Below, piece after piece: positions 40,708 to 49,964 of a stretch of DNA of 64,000 nucleotides (the first letter of the stretch is position 1; every line of letters begins with the position of its first letter). Source of the stretch: Alphaproteobacteria bacterium (GTDB lineage: Bacteria; Pseudomonadota; Alphaproteobacteria; UBA828); the NCBI GenBank assembly GCA_965237415.1, contig CBDEFM010000002.1:3936001-4000000 (forward strand). The letters are read 5' to 3'. The notes beneath the pieces are model-generated. The model was not told the DNA's origin. It saw nothing but the letters and a program-made list of their open reading frames with translations, and made no database searches. The position numbers and the translations under genes were made by a program.

Positions 40708-41625
40708 ATGACTCCCGCCAGTCGCGAGCGTCTCGGTACCAGGCTCGGGAAGCTGGATCGGCCGGGGACAGTCGTATGGCTGCTCCTCGTGCCGACCCTG
40801 CTCTACCTCGCGGCGTTTGCGATCTTTCCGCTCTTCTACAGCCTGCGGCTCTCGTTCACGGACCTGACCGCAGCAGCGGGCACCGGAGACTGGGTCGGCC
40901 TCAGGAACTACGGCGACCTGCTGCGCGACCCGCATTTCTGGAACGCGACCAAGAACAGCGCGGTCATGGTGAGCGCCTCGCTGGCAATTCAGGTCGTGCT
41001 CGGGGTCGCGCTTGCGATGTTCTTCAACTTGCACCTCAAGGGTGCATGGCTCGTGCGCGGTATCCTGGTGCTGCCCATGCTGATCACGCCCATCGTCGTC
41101 GGCGTGATGTGGCGGGCCCTGCTCAACCCGGACTGGGGGCTGGTCAACTGGTGCATCGCGGCGGTCGGCCTCGAGCCGCCGAACTGGTTCGGCTCGATCG
41201 AGATGGCCATGCCGACGCTCATCCTCGTCGAGTCCTGGCAGTGGACGCCGTTCGTCTTCATCATCGTGTATGCGCGCCTGCAGGCGCTGCCGCAGGAGGT
41301 CTTCGAGGCAGCGATCGTCGACGGCGCCAAGCCGCTCGCCACGTTCCGCTTTGTCACGTTGCCGCTCCTGATGCCGGCGATCATATTCGCCGCAGTCTTC
41401 CGTGGGGTTGATTCGTTCCGCTCCTTCGACCTCATCTTCGGGCTGAGCTACGGCGGGCCGGCACGGAGCACCACGACGCTGAGCTTCTTCTCGTTTCAGA
41501 ATGGCTTCCAGTGGCAGAACTACGGCTATGCCGCCGCTGTGTCTTACATGATGCTGCTGATCCTCGCGGTGGGCACGATCATCCTGCTCCGTTTCGTCCA
41601 GATACGGCCGGGGTACGCGAAATGA
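40708..41625 (+). CDS. Carbohydrate ABC permease (MalF-like)
   Basis: WVGLRNY, WQWTPF, FEAAIVDGA, YGYAAA. Confidence 0.92.
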   Translation: MTPASRERLGTRLGKLDRPGTVVWLLLVPTLLYLAAFAIFPLFYSLRLSFTDLTAAAGTGDWVGLRNYGDLLRDPHFWNATKNSAVMVSASLAIQVVLGVALAMFFNLHLKGAWLVRGILVLPMLITPIVVGVMWRALLNPDWGLVNWCIAAVGLEPPNWFGSIEMAMPTLILVESWQWTPFVFIIVYARLQALPQEVFEAAIVDGAKPLATFRFVTLPLLMPAIIFAAVFRGVDSFRSFDLIFGLSYGGPARSTTTLSFFSFQNGFQWQNYGYAAAVSYMMLLILAVGTIILLRFVQIRPGYAK

Positions 41626-42455
41626 GGCGACGAATTGGCAGGACGTTCGCCTATCTCGTGCTGATCATGCTGGGGCTCGCCGGCATCGCGCCGATCATCT
41701 ATCTCGGGGTTCTTTCAACGAAGAAGCGCATCGAAATTCTGGCCCAGGTGCCGCCGACCCTCGATTTCAAGTGGTCCCGGATCACGAAGAATTACAACGA
41801 AGTTCTCTTCAGCCAGGGCATGCTGGAGTTCACCGTCAACTCGATCATCGTGGTGGGGGCCACCACGGTTCTGGTGCTCGTGATTGCGACGCCGGCGGCC
41901 TACGCATTTTCGCGCTTCCGCTTTCGCGGCAACGAGAATCTCGCGTTCACGATCCTCAGCATGCGCTTCATGCCACCGGTCGCGATCGCGATCCCGCTGT
42001 TTCTGATGATGCAATGGGTGGGCACGCACGACAGCTATCTGGGGCTGATCCTGCCCTATATCGCGTTCTCCCTGCCGCTGGTTGTCTGGATCATGATCGG
42101 GTTCTTCGACGAGATCCCGCAGGAGATCGACGACGCCGCGATCATGGACGGCTGCACCCGCTTCGAGGTGCTCTGGCGTGTGATGCTGCCCATGGTCCGG
42201 CCGGGGCTGGTGACGGCGTCGCTGTTCGGCGCGATCTTCATCTGGAACGAGTTTCTGGTTGCGCTCTACGTGATCGACTCTCGGGAATTCCAGACGATCT
42301 CGCTGGGCGCCGCCACCCTGGTCAGTGCGCAACGGCCGATCGACTGGAATATCGCAGCCGCGGTGGGCGTGGTGACGGTGGTGCCGATCCTGATTTTCTC
42401 GCTCTTCGTGCAGCGCTACATCGTGCGCGGACTGACAGCAGGAGCCGTAAAATGA
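41622..42455 (+). CDS. Carbohydrate ABC permease (MalG-like)
   Basis: AAYAFSRF, IDDAAIMDG, WNEF, RGLTAGAVK. Confidence 0.92.
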   Translation: MRRRIGRTFAYLVLIMLGLAGIAPIIYLGVLSTKKRIEILAQVPPTLDFKWSRITKNYNEVLFSQGMLEFTVNSIIVVGATTVLVLVIATPAAYAFSRFRFRGNENLAFTILSMRFMPPVAIAIPLFLMMQWVGTHDSYLGLILPYIAFSLPLVVWIMIGFFDEIPQEIDDAAIMDGCTRFEVLWRVMLPMVRPGLVTASLFGAIFIWNEFLVALYVIDSREFQTISLGAATLVSAQRPIDWNIAAAVGVVTVVPILIFSLFVQRYIVRGLTAGAVK

Positions 42456-43354
42456 ATAGCGGAGAAACGCCCGTGCTCGTGGCCTCCGGGCTCGGTTGGC
42501 CGGAAGGCCCGACCGTCAGACCCGACGGCAGCGTGGTCTTCGTCGAGAGCTACCGAAGCCAGCTCACGGTCGCAGAGGTGGGCGGTGAGACGCGCCGCTT
42601 CGCTTACACCGCGGGCGCGCCGAACGCCTGCGTCCTGGGCGGCGACGGCGCGCTCTATGTCTGCCAGAACGGCGGCACCGTTGGGCCGTGGCGCGCGGCG
42701 GAGATGACCGCGCCCTCGATCCAGCGCGTGCGGGAAGGCGGCGCAGCCGAGATCCTGGTCACGGAGATCGCGGGAATCGCGCTGAACGGCCCCAACGACT
42801 TGGTCTTCCACACCGACGGCCGGCTGATCTTCACCGATCCCGGCACCTACAACCCGGCCGACCCGGACCCCAGCTACATCTTCTCCATCGCGCCGGACGG
42901 GAGCACGAGCCTCCTCGTCGACTTCTCCGAACCCGTCTTCCCCAACGGGGTCGCCGTCGAGGCCGACGGCTCGATCGTATGGGACGAATCCTACACCGGC
43001 CATGTCGGCCGCCTGCGGCCCGACGGCACCAAGGAGGATTTTGGCCGCATGCCCGGCGACAATCCTATATTGGACGGCATGACCGTCGGTGCCGACGGCC
43101 GCCTCTACGTGACCGATCTCGTCGCCGGCGGGATGCACGTGCTCAGACCCGACGGCACGGTGGATGGCTTCATCGTCTGCGGCGGGGCGCCGACGAACTG
43201 CGTGTTCGACGGCGAGACGATGTGGGTGACCGATGCCGGGGTTCTCGCCGTGAGCGAAGAGCCCAACTATGAAGGCCAGTTATGGCGCCTGCGCGTGCCG
43301 GGCGGCGGCGCACCGACCCATAGAGGAACGATCGGCAAGGATGCACAGCGATGA
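42452..43354 (+). CDS. SMP-30/gluconolactonase/LRE family protein
   Basis: WPEGP, GPNDL, FTDP, FPNGV, LDGMTV, PTNCVF. Confidence 0.9.
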   Translation: MNSGETPVLVASGLGWPEGPTVRPDGSVVFVESYRSQLTVAEVGGETRRFAYTAGAPNACVLGGDGALYVCQNGGTVGPWRAAEMTAPSIQRVREGGAAEILVTEIAGIALNGPNDLVFHTDGRLIFTDPGTYNPADPDPSYIFSIAPDGSTSLLVDFSEPVFPNGVAVEADGSIVWDESYTGHVGRLRPDGTKEDFGRMPGDNPILDGMTVGADGRLYVTDLVAGGMHVLRPDGTVDGFIVCGGAPTNCVFDGETMWVTDAGVLAVSEEPNYEGQLWRLRVPGGGAPTHRGTIGKDAQR

Positions 43355-44181
43355 CAGAGAGATCGACCCATCCCGGCCTCTCCTATCGGGGCAGGACCGC
43401 GTTCGTCACCGGCGGCGGCTCCGGCATCGGACTCGAGACGGCGCTCACCCTCGCTGATCTCGGTGCCGATGTCGCCGTGCTCGACTGGACGCCGGGCGCC
43501 GCGGCCAGCGCCGCGGAGCGCATCGAGCAAATCGGCCGCCGCGCGCTCGCGATCGAGGGCGACACCGGCGACGAGCGGACCGTCGTCGATGCCTTCGAGG
43601 CGACCCGGCGCGCGCTCGGCGATATCGACGCGGCTATCGCCTGCGCCGGCGTGCTGGGCGAGGGCGGCCCGGTGTTCGAAACCTCGGTCGAGGATTTCGA
43701 GCAGGTCATGGGCGTCAACGTGCGCGGGTCCTTTCTTGTGACGCGCGAAGCTGCGCGCCACATGCGCCCGCGCCGCGCCGGCGCGATCGTGCTGCTCTCC
43801 AGCCTCGACGGGCTGCAGGCCGAACACGGCATGTTCTCCTACTGCACGTCCAAGGGCGCGCTGCTGAATCTGGCGCGCGCGGCCGCGCTCGATCTGGCGC
43901 GGGACGGCATCACGGTGAACTGCGTCTGCCCGAGCGTGACATTCACCCCGCTGCTCGAGGGCCGTCTCGCGACCATACCCAACGGCGAGGAGGTGCTCCG
44001 CTCCTACGCCGAGCGCCACCCGCTCGGGCGCGTCCTCACCTCCCGCGACATCGCGTCGGCCGTCGCCTACGTCGCATCCCCGCTCGCGACCGGAATTACC
44101 GGCGCGGCCATACCGGTCGACGCCGGCATCGGCGCGACCTGGGACAATTTCCGCGACCCGCCCTGGGTCGACGCAGGATGA
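43351..44181 (+). CDS. SDR oxidoreductase
   Basis: TGGGSGIG, YCTSK, VNCVCP, HPLGR. Confidence 0.9.
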   Translation: MTERSTHPGLSYRGRTAFVTGGGSGIGLETALTLADLGADVAVLDWTPGAAASAAERIEQIGRRALAIEGDTGDERTVVDAFEATRRALGDIDAAIACAGVLGEGGPVFETSVEDFEQVMGVNVRGSFLVTREAARHMRPRRAGAIVLLSSLDGLQAEHGMFSYCTSKGALLNLARAAALDLARDGITVNCVCPSVTFTPLLEGRLATIPNGEEVLRSYAERHPLGRVLTSRDIASAVAYVASPLATGITGAAIPVDAGIGATWDNFRDPPWVDAG

Positions 44182-44323
44182 ACGCGGAGCCGGGCCGACC
44201 TTTGGACAGATCGAAGCCAATGAAGACTCGTTCCACTGCGACCCGTCCTTGCAAAGGCACTCTCGCGGGGCGGGACGAGAGACCGTTCGGGTTCTCGGGA
44301 TCGGCGGACGGTAAGACGCGCTC

Positions 44324-45193
44324 ATGATCTTCACGCAGCCGGTCTTCCGGCCGGGCGGCGACCGCTTCATAGAGATGGAGCTCGGCGACGAGATGAGCTT
44401 CGATCTCAACTTCCGCGTGCACAGCGTCTCGAAGCTGATTCGCGAGAGCGGCCCGGCCGGCATCATCGAGATCGTGCCCGAGCTCACCTCGATCATGATC
44501 AGCTACGACTTCGAGCGGATTTCCTACGCCGATGTCGTGACCGAGGTGACCGCGCTCTTCCACGCCGTGGGCCCCCTCGACGGGTTGGAGCTCGACAGCC
44601 GGATGTTCTACCTGCCGATCCGCTACTTCGACCCGTGGACGCGTGAGTGCTACGACGACTACTGCGCGAAGATCGCGCCCAAGGAGCGCGATCCAGAACT
44701 GGTGGCGCGCCTCAACGGCCTCGCCGATCTCGCCCAGCTCGCCCGCGTCCATTCCGGCACGGATTACTGGGTGGCGGCGTTGGGCTTCTATCCGGGTCTG
44801 GTCTCGCTGATGCCGCTCGACCCGCGCTGCCGGCTGACCGCGCCCAAGTACGACCCGCCGCGCACCTGGACCCACAAAGGCACCATCGGCATCGGCGGCG
44901 CGCTTTGCTCGATCTATCCAGACCGGACGCCGGGCGGCTACCAGATGATCGCGCGCACCCCGGTGCCGATCTGGGACCCGGCGCAAAGGCTCGCCGCCTT
45001 TGCCGAGAGCCTCGCGCTCTTCCGGCCGGGCGATCGCGTGCGCTTTATCCCGGCGAGCGCCGAGGAGTACGACCATGTCGCGGCCCAGGTGGAGGCCGGC
45101 ACCTACCTCCACAACGTGGCGGAGTACCAGCGTTTCTCGATCCGCAACTACCACGCGTGGCTCGCCACCATCGACGAGACGGTGCGGTTCTAA
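44324..45193 (+). CDS. Carboxyltransferase domain protein (5-oxoprolinase PxpB/KipI, urea carboxylase CT-like)
   Basis: RPGGDRF, GFYPGL, PKYDPPRTWT, TPGGYQ, GDRVRF. Confidence 0.85.
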   Translation: MIFTQPVFRPGGDRFIEMELGDEMSFDLNFRVHSVSKLIRESGPAGIIEIVPELTSIMISYDFERISYADVVTEVTALFHAVGPLDGLELDSRMFYLPIRYFDPWTRECYDDYCAKIAPKERDPELVARLNGLADLAQLARVHSGTDYWVAALGFYPGLVSLMPLDPRCRLTAPKYDPPRTWTHKGTIGIGGALCSIYPDRTPGGYQMIARTPVPIWDPAQRLAAFAESLALFRPGDRVRFIPASAEEYDHVAAQVEAGTYLHNVAEYQRFSIRNYHAWLATIDETVRF

Positions 45194-45260
45194 TGTCCTG
45201 CTTCCGACGTTCCAATGACTTCGGTTTAGGGGTGTGACTTCTCCGGCCCGGCCACTCACG

Positions 45261-45357
45261 CCGTCATGCCCGGACTTGTTCCGGGCATCTCCGTCGGCTA
45301 GCTCCGTCGGTTGGTGGGCGGCCGCATGGATGGCCGGAACGAGTCCGGCCATGACGG
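45261..45357. repeat. Alphaproteobacterial palindromic intergenic repeat (REP/RPE-like; 'MAGLVPAI' type)
   Basis: CCGTCATGCCCGGACTTGTTCCGGGCATC ... GATGGCCGGAACGAGTCCGGCCATGACGG: long terminal inverted arms, each with an internal hairpin. Confidence 0.8.
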
Positions 45358-45408
45358 GAGGGATCTGGGACGCCCGAACCTGCGCTCCCTTCTATCAGGA
45401 CACCGGCC

Positions 45409-46383
45409 ATGCTTGAGGTGATCAAGCCCGGTCTCGAGACCACGGTGCAGGACTATCCGGGGCGTATCGGCTACTGGGAGCAGGGGTTTCCGTTCTCGGG
45501 CCCGATGGACGACTGGTCCTTCCGCCTCGCCAACCTGCTGGTCGGCAACCCCGAGGGTACGGCCGGGCTCGAATGCCAGTTCACCGGCCCGGCGCTGCGT
45601 TTCGGCCGGGACTCCGTCGTCGCCGTCACCGGCGCCGACATGCAGCCCACATTGGACAACGCGCCGGCGCCGCTCTGGGAAAGTTTTGCCGTCCGTGCCG
45701 GCCAGGTGCTGGCGTTCCGCTTCGCGCGCTTGGGCGCCCGCGCCTATCTCGCCATCGCGGGCGGTATCGACACGCCGCCGGTGCTGGGCTCGCGCGCGAC
45801 CTTTCACCAGGCCGGGATCGGCGGGCTCGACGGTCATGCGCTCAAGGCTGGGCAGAGCCTGCCGCTGGGTGACGGTGCCGGCACGCCCGGCCGGCGGGTG
45901 CGGGAGGACTGTCGCCCTCCGCTCAAGGCTGAGCGGGTGTGGCAGATGGAGGCGGTGCCCGGCCCCAACGACGACTGGATCGACGAGGCCGGCCACCGCA
46001 TGTTCCTGGAGAGCGACTGGACCGTGCAGACGCGGAGCAACCGCACGGGCTTCCGCCTCTCAGGCCCCGCCTGGAGCTTCACGGAGAAGGCGACCGACAA
46101 GCGCTCCGAGCATGGCGAGGACCCGTCCAACATCCTCGACCACGGCTATCCGGTGGGCGCGGTCAATCTCTGCGGCCAGACCCCCATCATCCTGGTCAAC
46201 GACGGGCCGAGCACGGGCGGCTTCATCAACCCCTATACGGTGCCGTCTGCGGCGTTCTGGAAGCTCGCCCAGTCGAAGCCGGGGGACGTCTACCGCTTCC
46301 GCGCCGTCTCCGTAGACGAGGCGCAGGACAAGCGCCGGGCGATCAACCGGCTCATCGCAGAGGCGAGCATCGAGACGGTCTGA
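45409..46383 (+). CDS. Biotin-dependent carboxyltransferase family protein (PxpC/KipA-like)
   Basis: TTVQDYPGR, SGPMD, ANLLVGN, GARAYLA, LGSRAT, SNRTGFRL, DGPSTGGF. Confidence 0.88.
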   Translation: MLEVIKPGLETTVQDYPGRIGYWEQGFPFSGPMDDWSFRLANLLVGNPEGTAGLECQFTGPALRFGRDSVVAVTGADMQPTLDNAPAPLWESFAVRAGQVLAFRFARLGARAYLAIAGGIDTPPVLGSRATFHQAGIGGLDGHALKAGQSLPLGDGAGTPGRRVREDCRPPLKAERVWQMEAVPGPNDDWIDEAGHRMFLESDWTVQTRSNRTGFRLSGPAWSFTEKATDKRSEHGEDPSNILDHGYPVGAVNLCGQTPIILVNDGPSTGGFINPYTVPSAAFWKLAQSKPGDVYRFRAVSVDEAQDKRRAINRLIAEASIETV

Positions 46384-46399
46384 GCCTTAGTGCCTGCTG

Positions 46400-47716
46400 C
46401 TATTGGGCGAGGCGCTTGATCTCCGGCGATGCGGCGATCTTGCCCTCTCTCACGTAGCTCTCGTGATTGCGCTCGATCGTCCGCGGGTCATACACATAGT
46501 TGACCAGCAACCCCGCCGATTCCGCGAGCCCCTTCGCAGAAACGTCTCCGAGCCAGTTGATCCGCTCAAGCCGCGCACCGTTCCGCAGGTGAAAGCGGGC
46601 CACGGGATCGAGCGGGCGGCCACTCGACTTGGCCTCAAGCAGATAGCGCGCGCAAAGCCGGGTCAGCGGCTCCCGTAGCTCCGCTGCGGCGCCATCGTTT
46701 CGATGCCAATCGGCCTCCGACACGCGACCGATCGCCGTCGTTTCCTCCGCCGAAAGCTCGCTGTCGGCACTATCGACGAGAGACGCGAGCCAGGTCCGAA
46801 ATCCCGGAACGGGCGAAAGTGTCGCAAAGGTCTTGAGGCCCGGCAGTTCATGGGCCAACTCCACCACGACCTGCTTGATGAGAAAGTTGCCGAAGGAGAT
46901 GCCGATCAAGCCGACCCGGCAGTTGTTAATGGCGTAGAAGATTGCGGTGTCGGCCCTTACCGAATCCAGCGTGTCCTCCGGGCCCGAAATCAGCGGCTGC
47001 ACGGCGGTCGCCATGCCGCGCACCAGCGCCACCTCCACGAAGATCAGTGGCTCGTCGGGGAGCGCAGGGTGGAAGAAGGCGAAGCATCGCCGGTCCTCGG
47101 CGAGACGGCGTTTCAGATCCGCCCACCCCGCCACGGGATGCACGGCCTCGTAGGTCATGATCTTCTGCAGGAGCGCCGCCGGGCTCTCCCAGTCTATCCG
47201 CTCCAGGTGCAGGAAGCCCCGGTTGAACCAGGATGTGAACAGGTGCACGAGATCGACGTCCACCGCCTTGAGCGACGGGTCGTCCGGCAGCAGCGTCAAC
47301 AGGTCCTCGCGCATCGCGACGATGGTGGCGGTACCGTTCGGCGCCATGTTGATGCGGCGAAAAAGCTCCTGCCGGGGCGGCTCGACCGCGGCCGTGAGCG
47401 CCATGAGCGTGTCGGGGCCAGGCGCCGCCTTGTAACGATCGCCCGCCGCATGGATCGCCGCTGGGTCCGGTCCGTAATCGGCCGCGAGAGTCGTGAAGAA
47501 GGCGTGCTTTTCCGCCCCGCTCATGGCGCGGTAGGCATCTGCCACGTCGCGCGCGAGCGCCGTGCCCGACGCCTCGCCTCGCGTGGAGAGCAGCGCATCG
47601 CAAAGCGCCCCCGGCGAGCGCTCGCGCAACCTGCCCGCAGGCGAACCGCGCCGCAGCAGTTCGCGGCCGGCGTCGGCCACGGAGTTGAGCACCTGGTTCA
47701 GGCGCGAGCGCCTCAT
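46400..47716 (-). CDS. matA: Malonyl-CoA decarboxylase
   Basis: EPPRQELFRR, SWFNRGFL, YEAVH, EPLIFVEVAL, ISFGNFLIKQV, TLSPVPGF, DPVARFHLRNGA. Confidence 0.95.
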   Translation of the reverse strand: MRRSRLNQVLNSVADAGRELLRRGSPAGRLRERSPGALCDALLSTRGEASGTALARDVADAYRAMSGAEKHAFFTTLAADYGPDPAAIHAAGDRYKAAPGPDTLMALTAAVEPPRQELFRRINMAPNGTATIVAMREDLLTLLPDDPSLKAVDVDLVHLFTSWFNRGFLHLERIDWESPAALLQKIMTYEAVHPVAGWADLKRRLAEDRRCFAFFHPALPDEPLIFVEVALVRGMATAVQPLISGPEDTLDSVRADTAIFYAINNCRVGLIGISFGNFLIKQVVVELAHELPGLKTFATLSPVPGFRTWLASLVDSADSELSAEETTAIGRVSEADWHRNDGAAAELREPLTRLCARYLLEAKSSGRPLDPVARFHLRNGARLERINWLGDVSAKGLAESAGLLVNYVYDPRTIERNHESYVREGKIAASPEIKRLAQ

Positions 47717-47858
47717 GCGTCTCCGCTCCCCGTATTGAGAGTCGATTACTACACACGCATATGGTGACGCGCGGCCCCCGGCGCCACGGTCAAGTTGCGG
47801 TGTCCGTGCTCGCGATGGGCGTTGAGAAAACGGGACGCGGCGACGACCGGCCGCCGGA

Positions 47859-48443
47859 TCAATTCATGGAGACGAACTCGTCCGCCGTGATCAGATCGGC
47901 GTAGAGCGGCATGATCTCCACCATGGCGTCGTAGTTCTGGTCGGTGAAGCCGCTGGTGCAGTCCTTCAGGATCGTCGCGCTGTAGCCCATATTGACGGCG
48001 CGTTTCACCGTCGTCGCCACGACATGCTCGATACACTGGCCGACGACATAGAGGCTCTTGATCCCCCGGTTTCTGAGGATGAGGTCAAGGTCCGTCCCCT
48101 CGAAGCCGTCCGAGCCGAAGTTGATGACGATAATCTCGGTTCCTTCCGGCTTGAGCTCGTCAATCACGTCCGCGCCCCAGGAGCCGACCAGGCACTCGTT
48201 ATTGTCCTTGGCCTCCTTGAGGAGGCCGCAGGTGTTGTCCGGTAGCTCGGGGAAGCCGGGCCGCCAGGCGATGTTCACATAGATGACCGGCATGCCGCGC
48301 TGCCGGGCGGTCTCCAGCGCCCGCCGCGCATTGCCGACCGACCCGTTCTTCTCCACCTGCGGGAACAGATACTTGCCCCATACGCCATCGGGATGGGCGA
48401 CGCCGTTCTGGAAGTGCAGCACCAGGAGTGCGGAGTCTGACAT
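47859..48443 (-). CDS. Isochorismatase/cysteine hydrolase-fold protein with non-canonical active site
   Basis: ALLVLHFQN, GSWGADVIDELKP, FEGTDLDLILRNRGI, GYSATILKDCT; D/K/C triad positions appear to be H/N/V. Confidence 0.8.
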   Translation of the reverse strand: MSDSALLVLHFQNGVAHPDGVWGKYLFPQVEKNGSVGNARRALETARQRGMPVIYVNIAWRPGFPELPDNTCGLLKEAKDNNECLVGSWGADVIDELKPEGTEIIVINFGSDGFEGTDLDLILRNRGIKSLYVVGQCIEHVVATTVKRAVNMGYSATILKDCTSGFTDQNYDAMVEIMPLYADLITADEFVSMN

Positions 48444-48494
48444 GTCCTGAGTTCCTTTCGTCGTAGGATGGTAAGCGTGTTCGGTTCCGTTGGG

Positions 48495-49280
48495 TTATGA
48501 CAGATCGAGGCGGCCGAGAAAGCGCGCCATCGCCGCGTTCACGGTCGCCGGCTTCTCCAGATTGACCGAATGCCCGGCCTCTGGAACACGCGCGAACGTC
48601 GCGTCGGGGAGGGCGTCTGCCATCGCCGCCGCCCGTTCGATGGGGAGCGGCACGTCCTCCTCTCCGTGGATCACGAGGACCGGCAGGTCGATATCCGCGA
48701 GGCGGTCGGTGATATCCGCCTTGTCGATCCAGGACCGGCCCTGGACGAGCACCGCGCGCGCCGGCACCGTCGTCGACCAGCGCTCGACCCAATGGTCCGC
48801 GAGCGCCTTGTTGCGGGCGAGCGTCGTCTCGCCGAAGCAGAAGGGCGCGACCCACTCGGCGAAGGGCCGCGGCACCATGCCGTCCGCATCCAGCTTGTCG
48901 AACTGGTGGTGGTAGGCCTCCCGCTCCTCGGCCGCATAACCCTTCGATGTGGCGGCGACGAGGATCAGCCCGTTCAACCGCTCCGGATAGGCGAGGGCGA
49001 ATTCGAGGGCCATGAAGCCGCCGACCGACATGCCCACGAGCACGCATTTCCCGATGCCGAGGTCGTCGAGCAGCGCGCGGCAATCCTCGACCAGGTCGCT
49101 CAGTGTGTGCGGGGCCGGCTCCCCGCTGAGCACCCGGCTGTTGTAGGCAAGCGCCCGATAGCCCCGCTCGGCCAGATGGTCCAACTGGGGGTCGAACATT
49201 GTTGCATCCATCAGCGTGCCGTGGCTGAAGACCACCGCAGGCCCCGATCCCTTCTCGATATAGCGCTCGTGAAACCCCAC
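48495..49280 (-). CDS. Alpha/beta hydrolase
   Basis: GTG start after AGGAG; FSHG, GMSVGG, HGEED, AGHSVN triad. Confidence 0.88.
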   Translation of the reverse strand: MGFHERYIEKGSGPAVVFSHGTLMDATMFDPQLDHLAERGYRALAYNSRVLSGEPAPHTLSDLVEDCRALLDDLGIGKCVLVGMSVGGFMALEFALAYPERLNGLILVAATSKGYAAEEREAYHHQFDKLDADGMVPRPFAEWVAPFCFGETTLARNKALADHWVERWSTTVPARAVLVQGRSWIDKADITDRLADIDLPVLVIHGEEDVPLPIERAAAMADALPDATFARVPEAGHSVNLEKPATVNAAMARFLGRLDLS

Positions 49281-49336
49281 TGGTGTCTCCTGCTTCGTTG
49301 AGGGGTACGGCGCTGCGACCGCACGCGCCGAAGGCG

Positions 49337-49945
49337 CTATGTAACCGGCTCCGGTGCTGCGGTCGTATAAGGCTTCCAGCCCTCGGTGGCCATGATATGG
49401 GCGAGCGCGTCGGCCGCATCCCACACATCGATATAGCGCATGTAAAGCGGGGTGTTGCCGAACCTGAGAATGTCGGGGTTGCGGAAATCGACGACGACGT
49501 CCGCAGCGCGGACGAGGTCGTAGCGCTCGCCCAGGAATGCGACGAGGCCTTCCAGAATGTAAGTGTCGCTGGGGAAGTTGCCCCGCTCGGTGACGACCCT
49601 TCGCCGCCCCTTGCTGTCTCGCAGCAGGGAGGCCGCAAGCTTGAACATGTTGACGGAGGTGGAATCGGCGACGATGACTTCGCCCGCCGAGGCGCCGATC
49701 AGCGGAGCGATGGCATCGCCCGTCTTGCGTGCGAGGAAGAACCAGTCGGCGTCGAGCCAGCTCTCGACGAGGCCCCGGCCCCATTCCTCCCGGACCAGGC
49801 GGTCGAGGTCGGCGGCGGTGGTCTTGGGCAGCGCGCCGAGGGAGTTGCCGTCGAAATAGAGCATGTCCTCCGGCAGGGAAAACCGTTCGCGGCAGTGAGC
49901 GAGCGGGCACTCCCGGTCCAGTCTTTGACACGCCGCGCGATCCAT
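49337..49945 (-). pseudogene. kynU: Kynureninase with a large in-frame internal deletion
   Basis: N-terminal YFDGNSLG, DSTSVN and NFPSD joined directly to C-terminal DFRNPDILRFG..PLY..YIDVWDA; 202 aa, about half the normal length; PLP-Lys region absent. Confidence 0.85.
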
Positions 49946-49964
49946 GGGGCGCTCGCGGTGCCCA

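Noticed and set aside
44096-45352. 418-aa ORF starting MAGLVPAIH
   Set aside because: Starts inside the palindromic repeat and is antisense to the carboxyltransferase gene
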